A stretch of DNA of 64,000 bases from Calcarisporiella thermophila CBS 279.70 (lineage: Eukaryota; Fungi; Calcarisporiellomycota), in assembly GCF_041956535.1 (NCBI RefSeq), contig NW_027192198.1:164551-228550 (forward strand). The letters run 5' to 3'. Within the stretch, counting starts at the first letter, position 1. Each line of letters starts with the position of its first letter. Under the pieces are notes generated by a model, which saw nothing but the letters and a program-made list of their open reading frames with translations, was not told where the DNA came from and searched no databases. The position numbers were made by a program, and so were the translations under genes. This document shows positions 52,873 through 64,000 of this stretch, piece by piece.

Positions 52873-53737
52873 TTATCGAGCATGGGCCGTTGCGGGTAGG
52901 GGCAAAGAGTCCGGCTCTGTGCCATAGGCGGGAGGGGGTGAGCTCACTCGGTCGGACCCCTCGGCACCGTCGCCAGCGGCCCTCTGGTGGTTGGCGTAGA
53001 CAGGGGGCGGAGGCATCAGCGGGTCAACGGCCGCATACGGGGGCAAAAACTCGAAAAATGCCTCGGGCCTCGGCGGCACCTCCTCCTCGTGCACTATTAC
53101 CACGTCGATTGCATAGTGGGGCCAGGAGAAGACCACAAAGGACATCATTCCAGGCAGCCGCTTCGGGAGCCATGCCAAATTTCGAGGCGCATCCTCCAGC
53201 GTTAAATTGTGCATCATCCCGTGCCAACTCTTCTCGAATTTGCGCAGTTTGCTCTGTATGCTCGCACGCTGCAGGCACACCAGGAGAATAAAGACGACCG
53301 GCGAGAGAAAAAGAAAGACCCGGAGGTAGATGAGCTCGGAAGAATACCACGTGAAGAGGGCAAGAATGATGATGGCAATGGTCCCGCCGAAAAGTAGGAT
53401 GTAATTGACGAGGAAGGAGGGGAAATGCTGTGCAATGAATTGTCGAATTGTATGTTTGCGGGTTTCGAAGATTTCCCGCGATATCTAAAATAGGATGGAA
53501 TCGTCAATATCCATGCATTAAATACCGGCTGGCCTCGATGCTTTGACATCAGAGTTTATGCCCAAGCATCGAGGCTGAGAACAGAAGCTACGCAAGGAAT
53601 GGCTCGGTGCGATTTACCTTGTCTTGCAGTTGATACGAGTCGAATTCACCGATGAGAAAGTAGGGTTTCCTCAAGCCGTTCTTCACCAATGGAAATGTGA
53701 CGAGGGAGGTGTAGGAGAGGGATATGGATGGATACAT
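52873..53737 (-). CDS. Uncharacterised two-TM membrane protein with three C-terminal PY motifs; exons 53618-53737, 52873-53484
   Basis: Spliced frame is open: ...YQLQDK/ISREIFETRKHTIRQFIAQHFP, TM, TM, KLRKFEKSW...LPPY...PPVY...PPAY. The start codon is uncertain. Confidence 0.7.
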
Positions 53738-54354
53738 GTCGCTGTGCTTAGAAGAAGATAGAGCAGAACAAGGGAGCAGGAGGTTGGGAGGGGGAGTCAA
53801 ATGATCGAGAATGGCATCCGGTACTCAACGATGAAGACTTGTTGGTTATTTCAGCATTTCAGTGCTCATGGAAGCAAGGATGAAAAAAAAAAAAGAAAAA
53901 AGAGGGGACGTTAAGAGGGGACGTTAAGGGGGGAACAAGGCAGGATCGAAAATGATGCTTGTGCTCCAATTTCTGAAGATGGCTCAATAATCCGGTCGGG
54001 AATACCCATTGGGGAATAATAGAAAACAATTGGAGAACTATGTTGAAAAAGTAAAAATAGAAAGATATAGAGGCCAAAAAAAAAATGCAAATGAGAACAA
54101 GGAAGGAAATGAAATAAAACGCTCTAAAATATAAACAAGAAGAACGGGGGAGAGAAAGAGAAGCGGAGAGAAGGGAAAATGACACACATATTGATAATAC
54201 ATAGGAAAAAGGAAGTGAAATTGCACTGTTATGAAGAAAGAGGAGGAGAGAGGGGGGAGAGGGGAAGGGGAGAGAGGGGAGGGGAGAAGAGGAAAAAAAC
54301 AAGATAACGATAAAATCAATGGAACTCATTGTTACATTTCACTGGTGGGCATTG

Positions 54355-57300
54355 CTATTGTATCTGCAGCCATGGATGAGCCAAGACCTCATCAATGGTG
54401 GGGCGCTTCTCCACATCGCGGTTCAACATCCACTTGATTAATTCAATCGATCCCGGCGATAGGATGAAGGGAATGCGCAGTTCGCGCGCCATGATCTCGT
54501 CAATCGTATAAAATGGGTTTTCTCTAAATATGATGGTATACAGAAGGATCCCCAGGGCCCAGACGTCCTGGGGGGGTCCCGTGTATTTCTTGCCCGAGAT
54601 GACCTCCGGGGCGGCATAGTCCAGGGTGCCGCAGAAGGTGTCAAAGAGCCGGCCCTGGCGGAGGTAGGCGGCGGAGCCAAAGTCGATCAGCTGCACCCCG
54701 CCCTCCCCGTCGAGGATCACGTTTTCATCCTTGATGTCCCGGTGCACGATGCGATGGTGGTGGAGGTGCTGCACGGCCTCGCACACCTTGCGGAATATCG
54801 ACCGCACCTCCGACTCCATCAGACCGCGGCAGTTCAGCTCGATGTAGTCGAAAAGGTCCATCCCCGCACCATGCAGCTCCGACTCGATGTAGTAGTGCTC
54901 ATCGTCCTCAAAGAAGTCCACTGCATCCAATAAAAAATACGCAAAATCGTCAGGATTCTCCCACCAACTTCAGGTCGAGAGGAGGGCCGCCACACTTACC
55001 CATATTCAAAATGCTAGGGTGCGGAATGCGCCGTAGGGTGTGCAACACGTGGATCTCCAGAGGCACAATGCCGAGCACCTTGTCCTTGGTCCAGCAGTCC
55101 AGCAAAATTCTCGATTTAACCACGTATTTAAGGACGAGCTTACGCTATTTGAGATGGGGAGGGGGGGGGGGGAGGGAAGAGTAGGGAGGGGAGAGGAGAG
55201 CGCGCAACAAGACCGTTAGTCGTGCCATCCCAGCGGGAAGCAAAGGTAGCGAGCTTTACCTTGGTCGGGTCATCCTTTCGATAAGCCAGCTTGACGGTAC
55301 CATAGGCCCCCTGGCCAAGCGTATGAACGACCACGTAGTCATCGATGCTGCGCTTGCCAAGGAGAATCGAGTATTGGTAGAGCGACTCCGGGGGGGTGGT
55401 GAGGGGCGGTGGCGTGACGGGATGCACATCCGAAGGAATCGAATACTGCTTTTTCATCTTGATCTGCAACGACGGAAGGCCATCTTTGGTTGGAGATGGA
55501 GGGGCATCGCACACCTTCATGGCGGCCGATTTGACCGGCGTCATTTCCGCATCATCGACAGCATTCTCCTCTTCTCCGCTGACTTCGGCCTCATCCCGAT
55601 ACAACTTCACCTCTGGCGGAGCACATGCGGCCTGCTCGGGGACCGACGTCCTGGCCTCCGGGGGGACCTTGTGCTCGGGCATTAGGGAGACAAGGGAGCC
55701 GAACGAGGCGGTCAGCGCCAGCGCCGTGGGCTCCAAGGCGTGCGGGGTGGTCGGAGCAGACTGAGACGATCTGCGCGCAATGCTCAGCCCCCGATCGTAA
55801 GAAAGCCACAGGGCAAACAGGCGCTCTCCGCAAGACTCTACCACCCGTATCTGCAGGTCGATGTCAAAATGCGTGCCGTCCCGGTGGACCGCGGTGATCC
55901 CGTTTGTGGGCAATGCTACGGAGGACACCATGCCCAAGTTCAACGAGGCGTTCGCCGTAGGGGGGGCAGAGAGGGGTAACGGCGTCTCCGCCGGCTGTTC
56001 CAGTGCCGACTCGGGCGCAGCGCTTTGACCGGTGCGCAGCCGCGGGGTCGGCGGCAGACTGGCTCGCTTGGAAGCACGCCGACATGCGGCGCTCGACACT
56101 ATGGTGCCGTTCTCCAGGCTGGACTCGTAGGCCAGCTCCTCGATCATCTCCATAAATTGCGGCAAAAACTCCGTCACCCTCCTCCCCTCGATCATCTCCT
56201 GCGAGTGCACGCCAAACAAATACTTTGCAAACACCATGTTAGCCGACTGTATCCGCCCATCCTGCTGCGCAATCACTAGGCCAGCCATAGTGGGAATCGA
56301 AACAATCTTCAGGGAGAATTGGCCGGTCGAGCCCTCTAGAGGCTCCAGCTTGACAATGATGGGGAAAGAGACGCCGCGCTTCGACCAACTTCCAAAGAAT
56401 TTGAGGCGATTGATCTCGGCAGCGTCCAGTGTGTCCATCCCCGATCTCTGCGGAGAATCCCATTGTTGGGCGTAAAGCCCGGCAAAGGCGGGTATGAGAA
56501 TCGTGATCGACTTTCCGAGTAGCTCGTTCTCCGAGTACCCATACAAGTCCTGGAAGGGACCCGACAAGCTCCCGATAATACCCTAGAATCGGAGCAAAAA
56601 AAAAAAAGAGACAGGTGAGAAGGGCTCGGGCCGGAGGTAACGAAAAAAGAGGCAAATTGGGTTCCATCCAAGAGACATACCGAGCCCGACAATCCAACGG
56701 TGATGACCAACTCCGAAATCTCCTCAAATATCCAAATAAATATGATGGCTCCCTTGGAGTCCTTCTTGGCCTTGAGCCAAAGCGATGCGGCTGAAGTCGT
56801 TCCATCCCGTTTTGCAATGGGAATCTAAGGTGCAGGTGCAGAAGTGAGAGGGGGTGGGGAGAGAGAGTGGAATGATTAGTTCAAGCCCAGGAATCTCTTG
56901 GCAACGCAATAGGCTTCACCCCGGCAACAAGAGCAGCAGCGTAAGCCCCATTACATACCACTTTGCCACACACCAACACCGCGTCGACAGCCTCCTCTCG
57001 CACTCTGGTGCGAATCAGCCTCTCGTACTTTTCCTTTATCGAAGCCGGCAGCAGATCGAGCGCGTTCCTCCCGACGAGATGGTTCTGCTCAAACCCAAAA
57101 ATGATGCATGCGATGTCGCTTGCGGTCAAAATGACGCCCTCGGCGTCCGTGGTGATCATTCCCTGGTTATGGGGGACAAACCGCGTCGGGGAATGCAGAG
57201 AGGGCACCGCATCCAGCGAATTGGAACGGTTGACAAGGGCAAGGAAGCGCGAGGGGATCGGGCGGATGTCAGTGAAGGCCCGCTTGAGGGAGGGGGACGT

Positions 57301-58031
57301 TTTCGCTGCCCAGCACGGCGGCTCGTTCCAGCCCTGACCCTCTAGTTCACTCTCTGCCGCATCGGTGCCCTTAGGTTGCGTTGCAAGCTTGTCCCGGAAT
57401 TCTTGCCCCAGCGACGGGAAGTAAGCCAGCGCAAACTTGGGTAGGCTCCAATCCTTGATCCTCGAACGCATGAACTCCACCGAACGCGTGAGGACGCTGC
57501 GGCGCGCGGCGGCCAGCGCGGCATCCGGTGCGGCAAAGCTAAAGCTGTGCAGCGATTCAGTGGTAAAGCGCGCGAGATCAGAAGCATCCCATGCGACACG
57601 AGGCGCTAATGACGGGGAGGAATCTGGGTCGGGCTTTGCAGGCTTATCCTCTCGGATCCGCAGAAGTCCGGTAGGATAGACCTCTTCAGATTCAGATGCT
57701 TCCGCATTGTCTGCTAGGCTTACAGGTCTAGAGAAAAAAATTTTTTTAAAGTTCAGAGCTATCTTTGTTTTCCCTAGGAGGGGCAGGGAAACCAACTTAC
57801 TTTGAGGAGAAATAGTCAAATGCTTTTCCTTCGAAATGGACGTGCTTCTCATCAAGTTCTTTGACTGCTGCAGGTGCCGAAAGCATAAACATAAGACAAA
57901 CATCAGTGAAATCGAGGGCGGAATCCCCAACACCATGTGAATATATTGGCCGATCAATGGATCCCACGATCAGCCCAAGTCGATCCATGTAAATAAAAGG
58001 ATTTAAATGCATTACCTGCCACCTGTGACAT
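54355..58031 (-). CDS. PAS-domain Ser/Thr kinase (PASK/Psk-like), multi-exon
   Basis: PAS segments (QGMITTDAEGVILTASDIACIIFG; LYGYSENELLGKSITILIP; HRDGTHFDIDLQ); kinase motifs LGQGAYGTV, ILLDCW, HRDIKDEN, DFG, FCGTLDYAAPE. Confidence 0.9.
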
Positions 58032-58914
58032 TAGGGACTAGGCCTGCGGCGGATAGCAAGAGGAGAGCGAAAATGACGGAGGGAGGCGGGGAAGGGGAGC
58101 TCAAAAACGAGGATAAAGAGAGGTGAAGAACGAAAGGGGTGGGGGAGGTGCGCTAGAGATAAGAGTGCGAGACAAGGATAATGCAACAGGGAATCGATAA
58201 AGAAATCGCCGAAGGAGCTCCCGCCTCAGAAACAACAAGGGAGAAGAGAGAGCGCTTTAAAAAATATCAGGAAGAAGTACAAGCAAATAGATAAGAGGTG
58301 TACGGGGTTTACAGAGAGATTTACACCAAAGTGTGCCAGGGACGGGGAAATAACAGCTCAGTAAGAGAATAAAAGCAGTGCTGAAATCAGCCGGGTGAGC
58401 AGCTTCCGAAAACACAGACTAATGAGCTCAGGCAATGGGATGAGGATGCTGCCCACAGAGGTAAGAGGTCCCAATAATGGTCAAAGAGCAGGAAGGCAAA
58501 AAAACGAGCTCTATCCAAACTTTACTTTATGCGGGGGGACAAGATGGGACAAAGTCCAATCATATGTGTTTGTTGAGGGCAAGCAGAATTCCCTCTTTCC
58601 TTTCTTAGATGGCAGCGTCTGCGAGTTGGATGGTTCCCCCTCTTTACCTCCTCGAACACACGACCTTTGGGAAAGAAGATAAGGTAAGGATAACCACGCC
58701 TCCCATCTTGCTCGGGACGGATGGATGGAGCGATCCTAGTGTTTGGATGGGCTTCATTCGGTGGCCGCTATCTGGTGTTGCAAGATTGAAATGATGTTGG
58801 CATGGTGTGAATGGAGGATGCATTGGATGGCCGGCCCCGTCTTGTTATTCATTGGATTTTGATGCATTCTGACTGATTACTCCCTCTTTCTCTCTATCTC
58901 CATCGTTAGTCATA

Positions 58915-59428
58915 ATGGTGGCCCCCGTTGCTAAGAACACTATCGTTAAGAAGCGGACGAAGCCGTTCAAGCGGCACCAGTCTGACCGCTACAAGAGCGT
59001 CAAGGTAATTAATTCATGTCGACAACAACCATGGACACGATCCCTTCCTCTCCCCTCTCCCCTCCCGCCACGTTCTTCTTTCTGCCGCTACCGTTTTGCT
59101 GATCCTTTCTTCGTCTCTCTAGGAATCATGGCGCAAACCCAAAGGTATTGACAATCGTGTGCGCCGTCGCTTCAAGGGACAGATCCCCATGCCCTCCATC
59201 GGCTACGGATCCAACCGCAAGACCCGCCACATGCTCCCCAACGGATTCAAGAAGTTTGTTGTCTCCAACGTTAAGGAGCTTGATCTACTTTTGATGCACA
59301 ATCGCACCTTTGCCGCCGAGGTTGCCCACAACGTCAGCGCCAAGAACCGCGTTGCTATCGTCGAGCGCGCCAAGGAGTTGAACGTGAGAGTGACCAATGC
59401 TCACGCCCGTTTGAGGACTCAGGAATAA
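58915..59428 (+). CDS. RPL32: 60S ribosomal protein eL32, 2 coding exons
   Basis: [17 protein letters not shown]...[17 protein letters not shown]...[15 protein letters not shown]. Confidence 0.97.
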
Positions 59429-60064
59429 ATGATAAACTCTTGTTCTCTTGGGTTTGATCTTGTGTGTTCTTGAAATTCGCGTCATCTCTCTCTAGATAAA
59501 ATCACAACCTACATTGCTCTTCCTATACCGTATCCATGCTCAAATTCAGTTTATCTCACAAAAAATTCTCATTTCTCCCCACCGGGGGTGAATCGGCCAG
59601 CTGGCAGCTAAAGTTGATTTATTCAATGTCTGAAAACAAAAAAAAAACACAAGACCAACAATGTTATCCTACTAGGATAAAAAAGATGGCATAATTTAAA
59701 CAATAGAGCAAGGTGCTCATCAAAATAATCATCATGAAAGCAGAAAAAAAGGAGGGGAGGGGAGAGAACAAAGATTAAAGATGATCCATTATGAAGTATA
59801 AAGAGCCGAGCAACAACAGTAGAAAGAATGAAAAAATAGCACAAAGCAAAAGAGGATTAAAAGCAAACGTAGGATAAGATAAAGATAAAAGCACACATAA
59901 AAAAAAAGATCTAATATAAAAAGACAGTAAAGTGCCAATATTACAAAGTTAAAAAATAAGAGGCAAACCACACGCTGGAAAGATGAAATAGAAGAGCTCT
60001 GAAGAGTTAATTTAACTGGAAAAGGCAAAAAGAGATGATCAGCAGTTCATGGGGCTCATTCATT

Positions 60065-63000
60065 TCACTCAGGATGGGTGGAGTGGGGCCGCGTGCTGCT
60101 GCCCTGGGAAGATGCGGACGAGTTGTGCACAAGCGTTTCGGAGGGCTGCGAGGGAGAAGGGGGGGGATCGTCGGACTCGCCAATGGTAAATGGCACTGAA
60201 GAGGGAGGAGGGTGATAGTTGAAGGGAGGGCGTGGATATCGCGGGCCGTGGAATGGTGGCGGCGGCCGCGGTATAGGAGGCAAATGGTGCATTGGATACT
60301 CGACCCGCCAGGATCCCCGCCTCAAACCCCCCAAGCCATTGGGAGGGGTGCGGGCGGCGTGGGGGGGAAGGTTGGTCGAGTATCGATTCTGATACGAGAA
60401 GGACGGGTAGTGCATGTAGGGCTGGGGGGGCAGCGAGTTGGTGCGTGCAGCGGCACGCATTCGCTCCTCGTGGCGAGCTTCGACAGGCGAAAGAGGGCGC
60501 GACACGAACGGGACCAGCTCTTTCTCACTCCCCTCCTGAGCCGCCGAGAACCGAGGGCCTGCATGGCCATGGTTGGGCATGGCGTGTTGCTCCTCGGCGG
60601 CCAAAGCGGGAGGCGGCAATTCTACCTCGCTTCCGTTTCTATAGTGGTCTCCCCCCGCTGCTCCCCATGAGGCCTCCCCGAGACCCCTACGGGCAAACGC
60701 CTCTCGCATTCGCCGCTCCCGTTCAAACTCGGCCCAACGCTTCATCACGATCTGGCTGCTGTCGAACTCACCCTCCTCTTCCTCACCTCTGGCGCGCCGC
60801 TCACCCGCCACACGGCGGGTTTGCCCCCAGGTAAAGTCGTCGAAATGCCAGAACGCGTAGACAGGGAGGATGAAATTCCATAGAGGCAGCGCGAGAAGAT
60901 AAACTACAGGACAGGAATAGGATGAGTAAGGCGGGGTGTTATGAAGGGGAAGCGCTTTTTTTCTTTTTTCTTCAGTGTGTTTCCACTTACCAAGCATCCA
61001 TCCAACGTAGGACAGCTTGCGACTCGTGAGCACGATCAACACGGCGGGCAGAAAGAGGATCAATGCCAAGAGCACGAGCGGAATGATTTCCGGGTGGCCA
61101 ATGAAGAGCTCCACCAGCAGGTAGATCGTGAAGCAGATGGCGGCGGGGAGCACCAGCGTTCCAATGAGCTCCAGCGCGATAATGAACTGCATCGAGAAGC
61201 AGAAGGTGCCGCAGAGGTGCCTCACCAGCACCAGCTCCATGAGGTTGTGGACGGTCGAGTTGATCCACCGCCGGCGCTGACTCAGCAGCACGCCGAATCG
61301 GTCCGGCACCACCGTCTTGCACACCGCCTGCGGGACGAACACCAGCTTCCGCTTGGGGAAGGTGCGGAGCATCAGGGTGGAGAGGAAGCGGTCCTCGCCC
61401 AGCAGGAGCAGGTTCTTCTTGTGCAGGGTATCGACGACGTTCTCGGAGTAGTTCACGACGATGTCGGGGTTGGCCAGGATGGGGACCCAGTAGCCGTTGG
61501 GCCCCTTGGGCGCCTTGATTCGGTACATGCAGAAGCAGCCGGGCAAACAGGTCACGCCGCCAAACACGGACTCGAAGGCCTTGGACAGGTGGTGCGAGAT
61601 GTAGTACTCGAACACCTGGATCATGGTCACCCAGCTGTTGGCCTTGTTGCCGATGCGCGTCTCCCCGCACAGCCCCATGATGCTGTGGTCCCGGGTCATG
61701 GCCGCCACCATGCGTGTGACGGAGTCGGGGTACACGCGCGTGTCCGCGTCGACCATCATGAGGATCTCGTAGCGATCCGGGCTCACCCCCGTCACGCGCC
61801 AGATGGAGTTGAAGAGCTCGTACTCCAGCATGGTCAGCCGCTCGTCGAACATGGCCTTCTGCAGAAAGCTCATCAGGATCACTTGGCTGTCGCGCTTTCC
61901 GCGATTCCCCGGCTTGTGGTCGCCCGCCTCCTCCGGCGTCCCGCACTTGGCGATCAGCACGATCGGGACGCGCTTCTGCCGGGAGCGCTTGACGGTGCGG
62001 GGGTCGTACTTGTAGAACCCGGCGAAGACCTTGGCCATGTTGTGGCGTTTCGATCCGTCCGCGATAGAGACGTAGCTCTGGGGCTGCACCTCGTCGGGCT
62101 GCACAATCAAGTCCTGCATCATGCTTAGCACAATGTCCGGCGTGGGCTTCCGATTCCCCGCGCCGGTGACAAGCCCATCCGCGATCACGAGCAGCAGCTT
62201 GTGGGAGTTGGGGTAGTCGGTGGTGGCCAGGGAGTCCAGGGTCGCGCGGATACCCTGTCGCCCCTCCGAGTAGCACGTCACGAGGCAGAGGGTGTGGACG
62301 AGGGGGAAGTTGAACGGGCAGTGCTTGGCCGACGGCTGGGGCACCACGCCCTCGGCCAGCGGCAGCGGACACGGGCGCTCCACCGACTCGTTGAGGGAGG
62401 ATCGTCTCGAGTGCGCGGGGTTTGTGCGAGGGGTCGCCACGCTGCGCGCGACGCTGGACGAGTCGGGGGGGGTCGGGTTGGGGTCAAGCCATGGGGTGGC
62501 CCCGGAGTGCTGCGAATCCGTCGTCACCATGCTTCCACGCGACCCCTTCTGATGCAGCTCCCCCCCTGCCTCCCCTAGGGGTGGGGGCGGCAGCAGGGCG
62601 GACAGCCTCGAGCTGCTCCCCATCACGGTCGACGAGGGCCGAATGGCCGGAGCGGCCACGTCGATATTCTCCGTCCAGCGCTCGATCTCGGCCTCACGTT
62701 TGCGCCGCTCCGCGTAGGACATCTTTTTGAAGGTCCCGAGGCGCCACGAAAGGAACCACCCAAAGATAACCGCCAGCGTAAATTTGGAGAGGACCACGCC
62801 CAATATCACCACGAGCATCAGGTAGAGCACGATATCCGAGGCAATGCAGCCCATGGCACGCGTGTCAATGACGCCGACCCGGGTGATGTCGGCGAGACAC
62901 TCGGCCACCTGTCTCTGCTTGGCGTAGATAAAGAAGAGGGTCGCGTCCGTCCCGGCGAGCCTCCGTACCGTCTCTCTCTGCCTCAACGAGTCGAGGAAGG

Positions 63001-63833
63001 GGTCCAACCTGAAGACCTCGGTGGGGAGCCACTGCAATCTGGCGAGGTCGAGCACATCACTAACAAAGAGAGGAAGGCGGGAAGGGGATGAGTTCCAGGC
63101 CGGAGCCAGCCGTACTGCCCAGAATGGCCGGGGGGCCGGCGGGAGGCCTCCTCACTTACTTGTTATAGACGACCAAGCTCCGGTTGGCGGAATTGATATC
63201 GTCCCACGTGTAGAACACCTCTCCGTTCTCCTTGAGTTTATAGTAGGCCATCCGAGCCGCGTTGGAGGTATGGCAGCCGGTTCGGCTGGGGTTGGCCGAG
63301 GGGTTGGGGGACGTTGATCCGTCTTGGTCGAGGGCCACGCAGGGGAAATAGTTGGGGACCATGTTGTCACGCTGGTTCCAGTCGACCCCCGGCTGCACCG
63401 TGATGAGGCCGAGGCAGTGCACGTTGACCTTTTGGAAGAGAAAGGAGATGTCTTTGCCGCCCATGTTCAGGGGCGGGTAGAGCGGATTGGAGTTGGGGGC
63501 GATGTCCGGCGCAGCGGGATGTTCGAATCGGTCCAAGACGTAGGCCTTGCCGTTAATGACCACGGTGCCCTTTTGGATCTGATTCGCCGCGAAACGCAGC
63601 CCGGAATCGTGGCACGCCGTACTTGTGAAGCCGAAGGTGAAGAATCCCATCTGTGAGGTAGGGAGAGGGAGAGAAGGCGCAGGGTTAGTAGAGGATACAC
63701 CACGCACACATATTCCCCACAAAATCCACTCACAATAGCGCTCATGAGAACAATGATAGTGATCAACCCCATTTTTTCCCTCCACGCCCTCTGGGTAGCA
63801 TATGACTTTTTGCCTATACAACAAAGGGGAGGG
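60065..63833 (-). CDS. Chitin synthase class IV (Chs3-like), 5'-partial
   Basis: [70 protein letters not shown]. The N-terminus lies beyond the window, so the right coordinate is approximate. Confidence 0.95.
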
Positions 63834-64000
63834 GACCATCGGGTTAGCGGGGATGAGGATAGATAGGTTTGCAAAATTCCAATCTACCGCATGCAGAGAG
63901 AAGGAAGGATGGGGCATAGCATGTCACGAAATAGCAGAAGATGATCCAGCATGATGGGCCGTGCGGCTTCGTTGTCCGCACCGTTTTCCTGGGGGGGCGC

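Noticed and set aside
53859-54329. Phe/Leu/Ser-rich membrane-like ORFs here and at 6900-7480, 11365-11604 and 59623-60028
   Set aside because: Translations of pyrimidine-rich UTR or intergenic tracts.
58790-58876. Intronic snoRNA in the RPL32 5' UTR intron
   Set aside because: C box is imperfect (ATGATGT) and no guide complementarity could be verified by eye.

Overview
Gene-dense, intron-rich eukaryotic DNA, most consistent with an early-diverging fungus (short GT-AG introns, class IV chitin synthase, velvet factor, fungal HIS1/ACC1); the lineage call is inference. About 23 protein genes can be reconstructed: derlin, prefoldin 4, CCR4, HIS1, GH47 mannosidase, nucleotide-sugar transporter, a Muted/BLOC1S5-like gene, a CLASP_N protein, ACC1, Mit_KHE1, CENP-M, Nup58/49, a DUF5572(PEX39-like)x2 plus crotonase fusion, AMSH/STAMBP, AP-1 mu, velvet, acylpeptide hydrolase, RPS7, a PY-motif membrane protein, PAS kinase, RPL32 and a partial chitin synthase. 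Highlights: (1) a CENP-M gene absent from the ORF track that keeps a P-loop-like GxxxxGK motif; (2) a roughly 5 kb accessory island (about 25.1-30.1 kb) with an intronless, unidentified ~797-codon reading frame broken by one stop and two -1 shifts at G-runs, next to a second small orphan frame; (3) a multi-domain PEX39-like/pseudo-HIBCH protein with Cys-Pro motifs; (4) a hidden five-exon Muted-like gene. There is one assembly gap. All family calls come from motif recall, not database searches.
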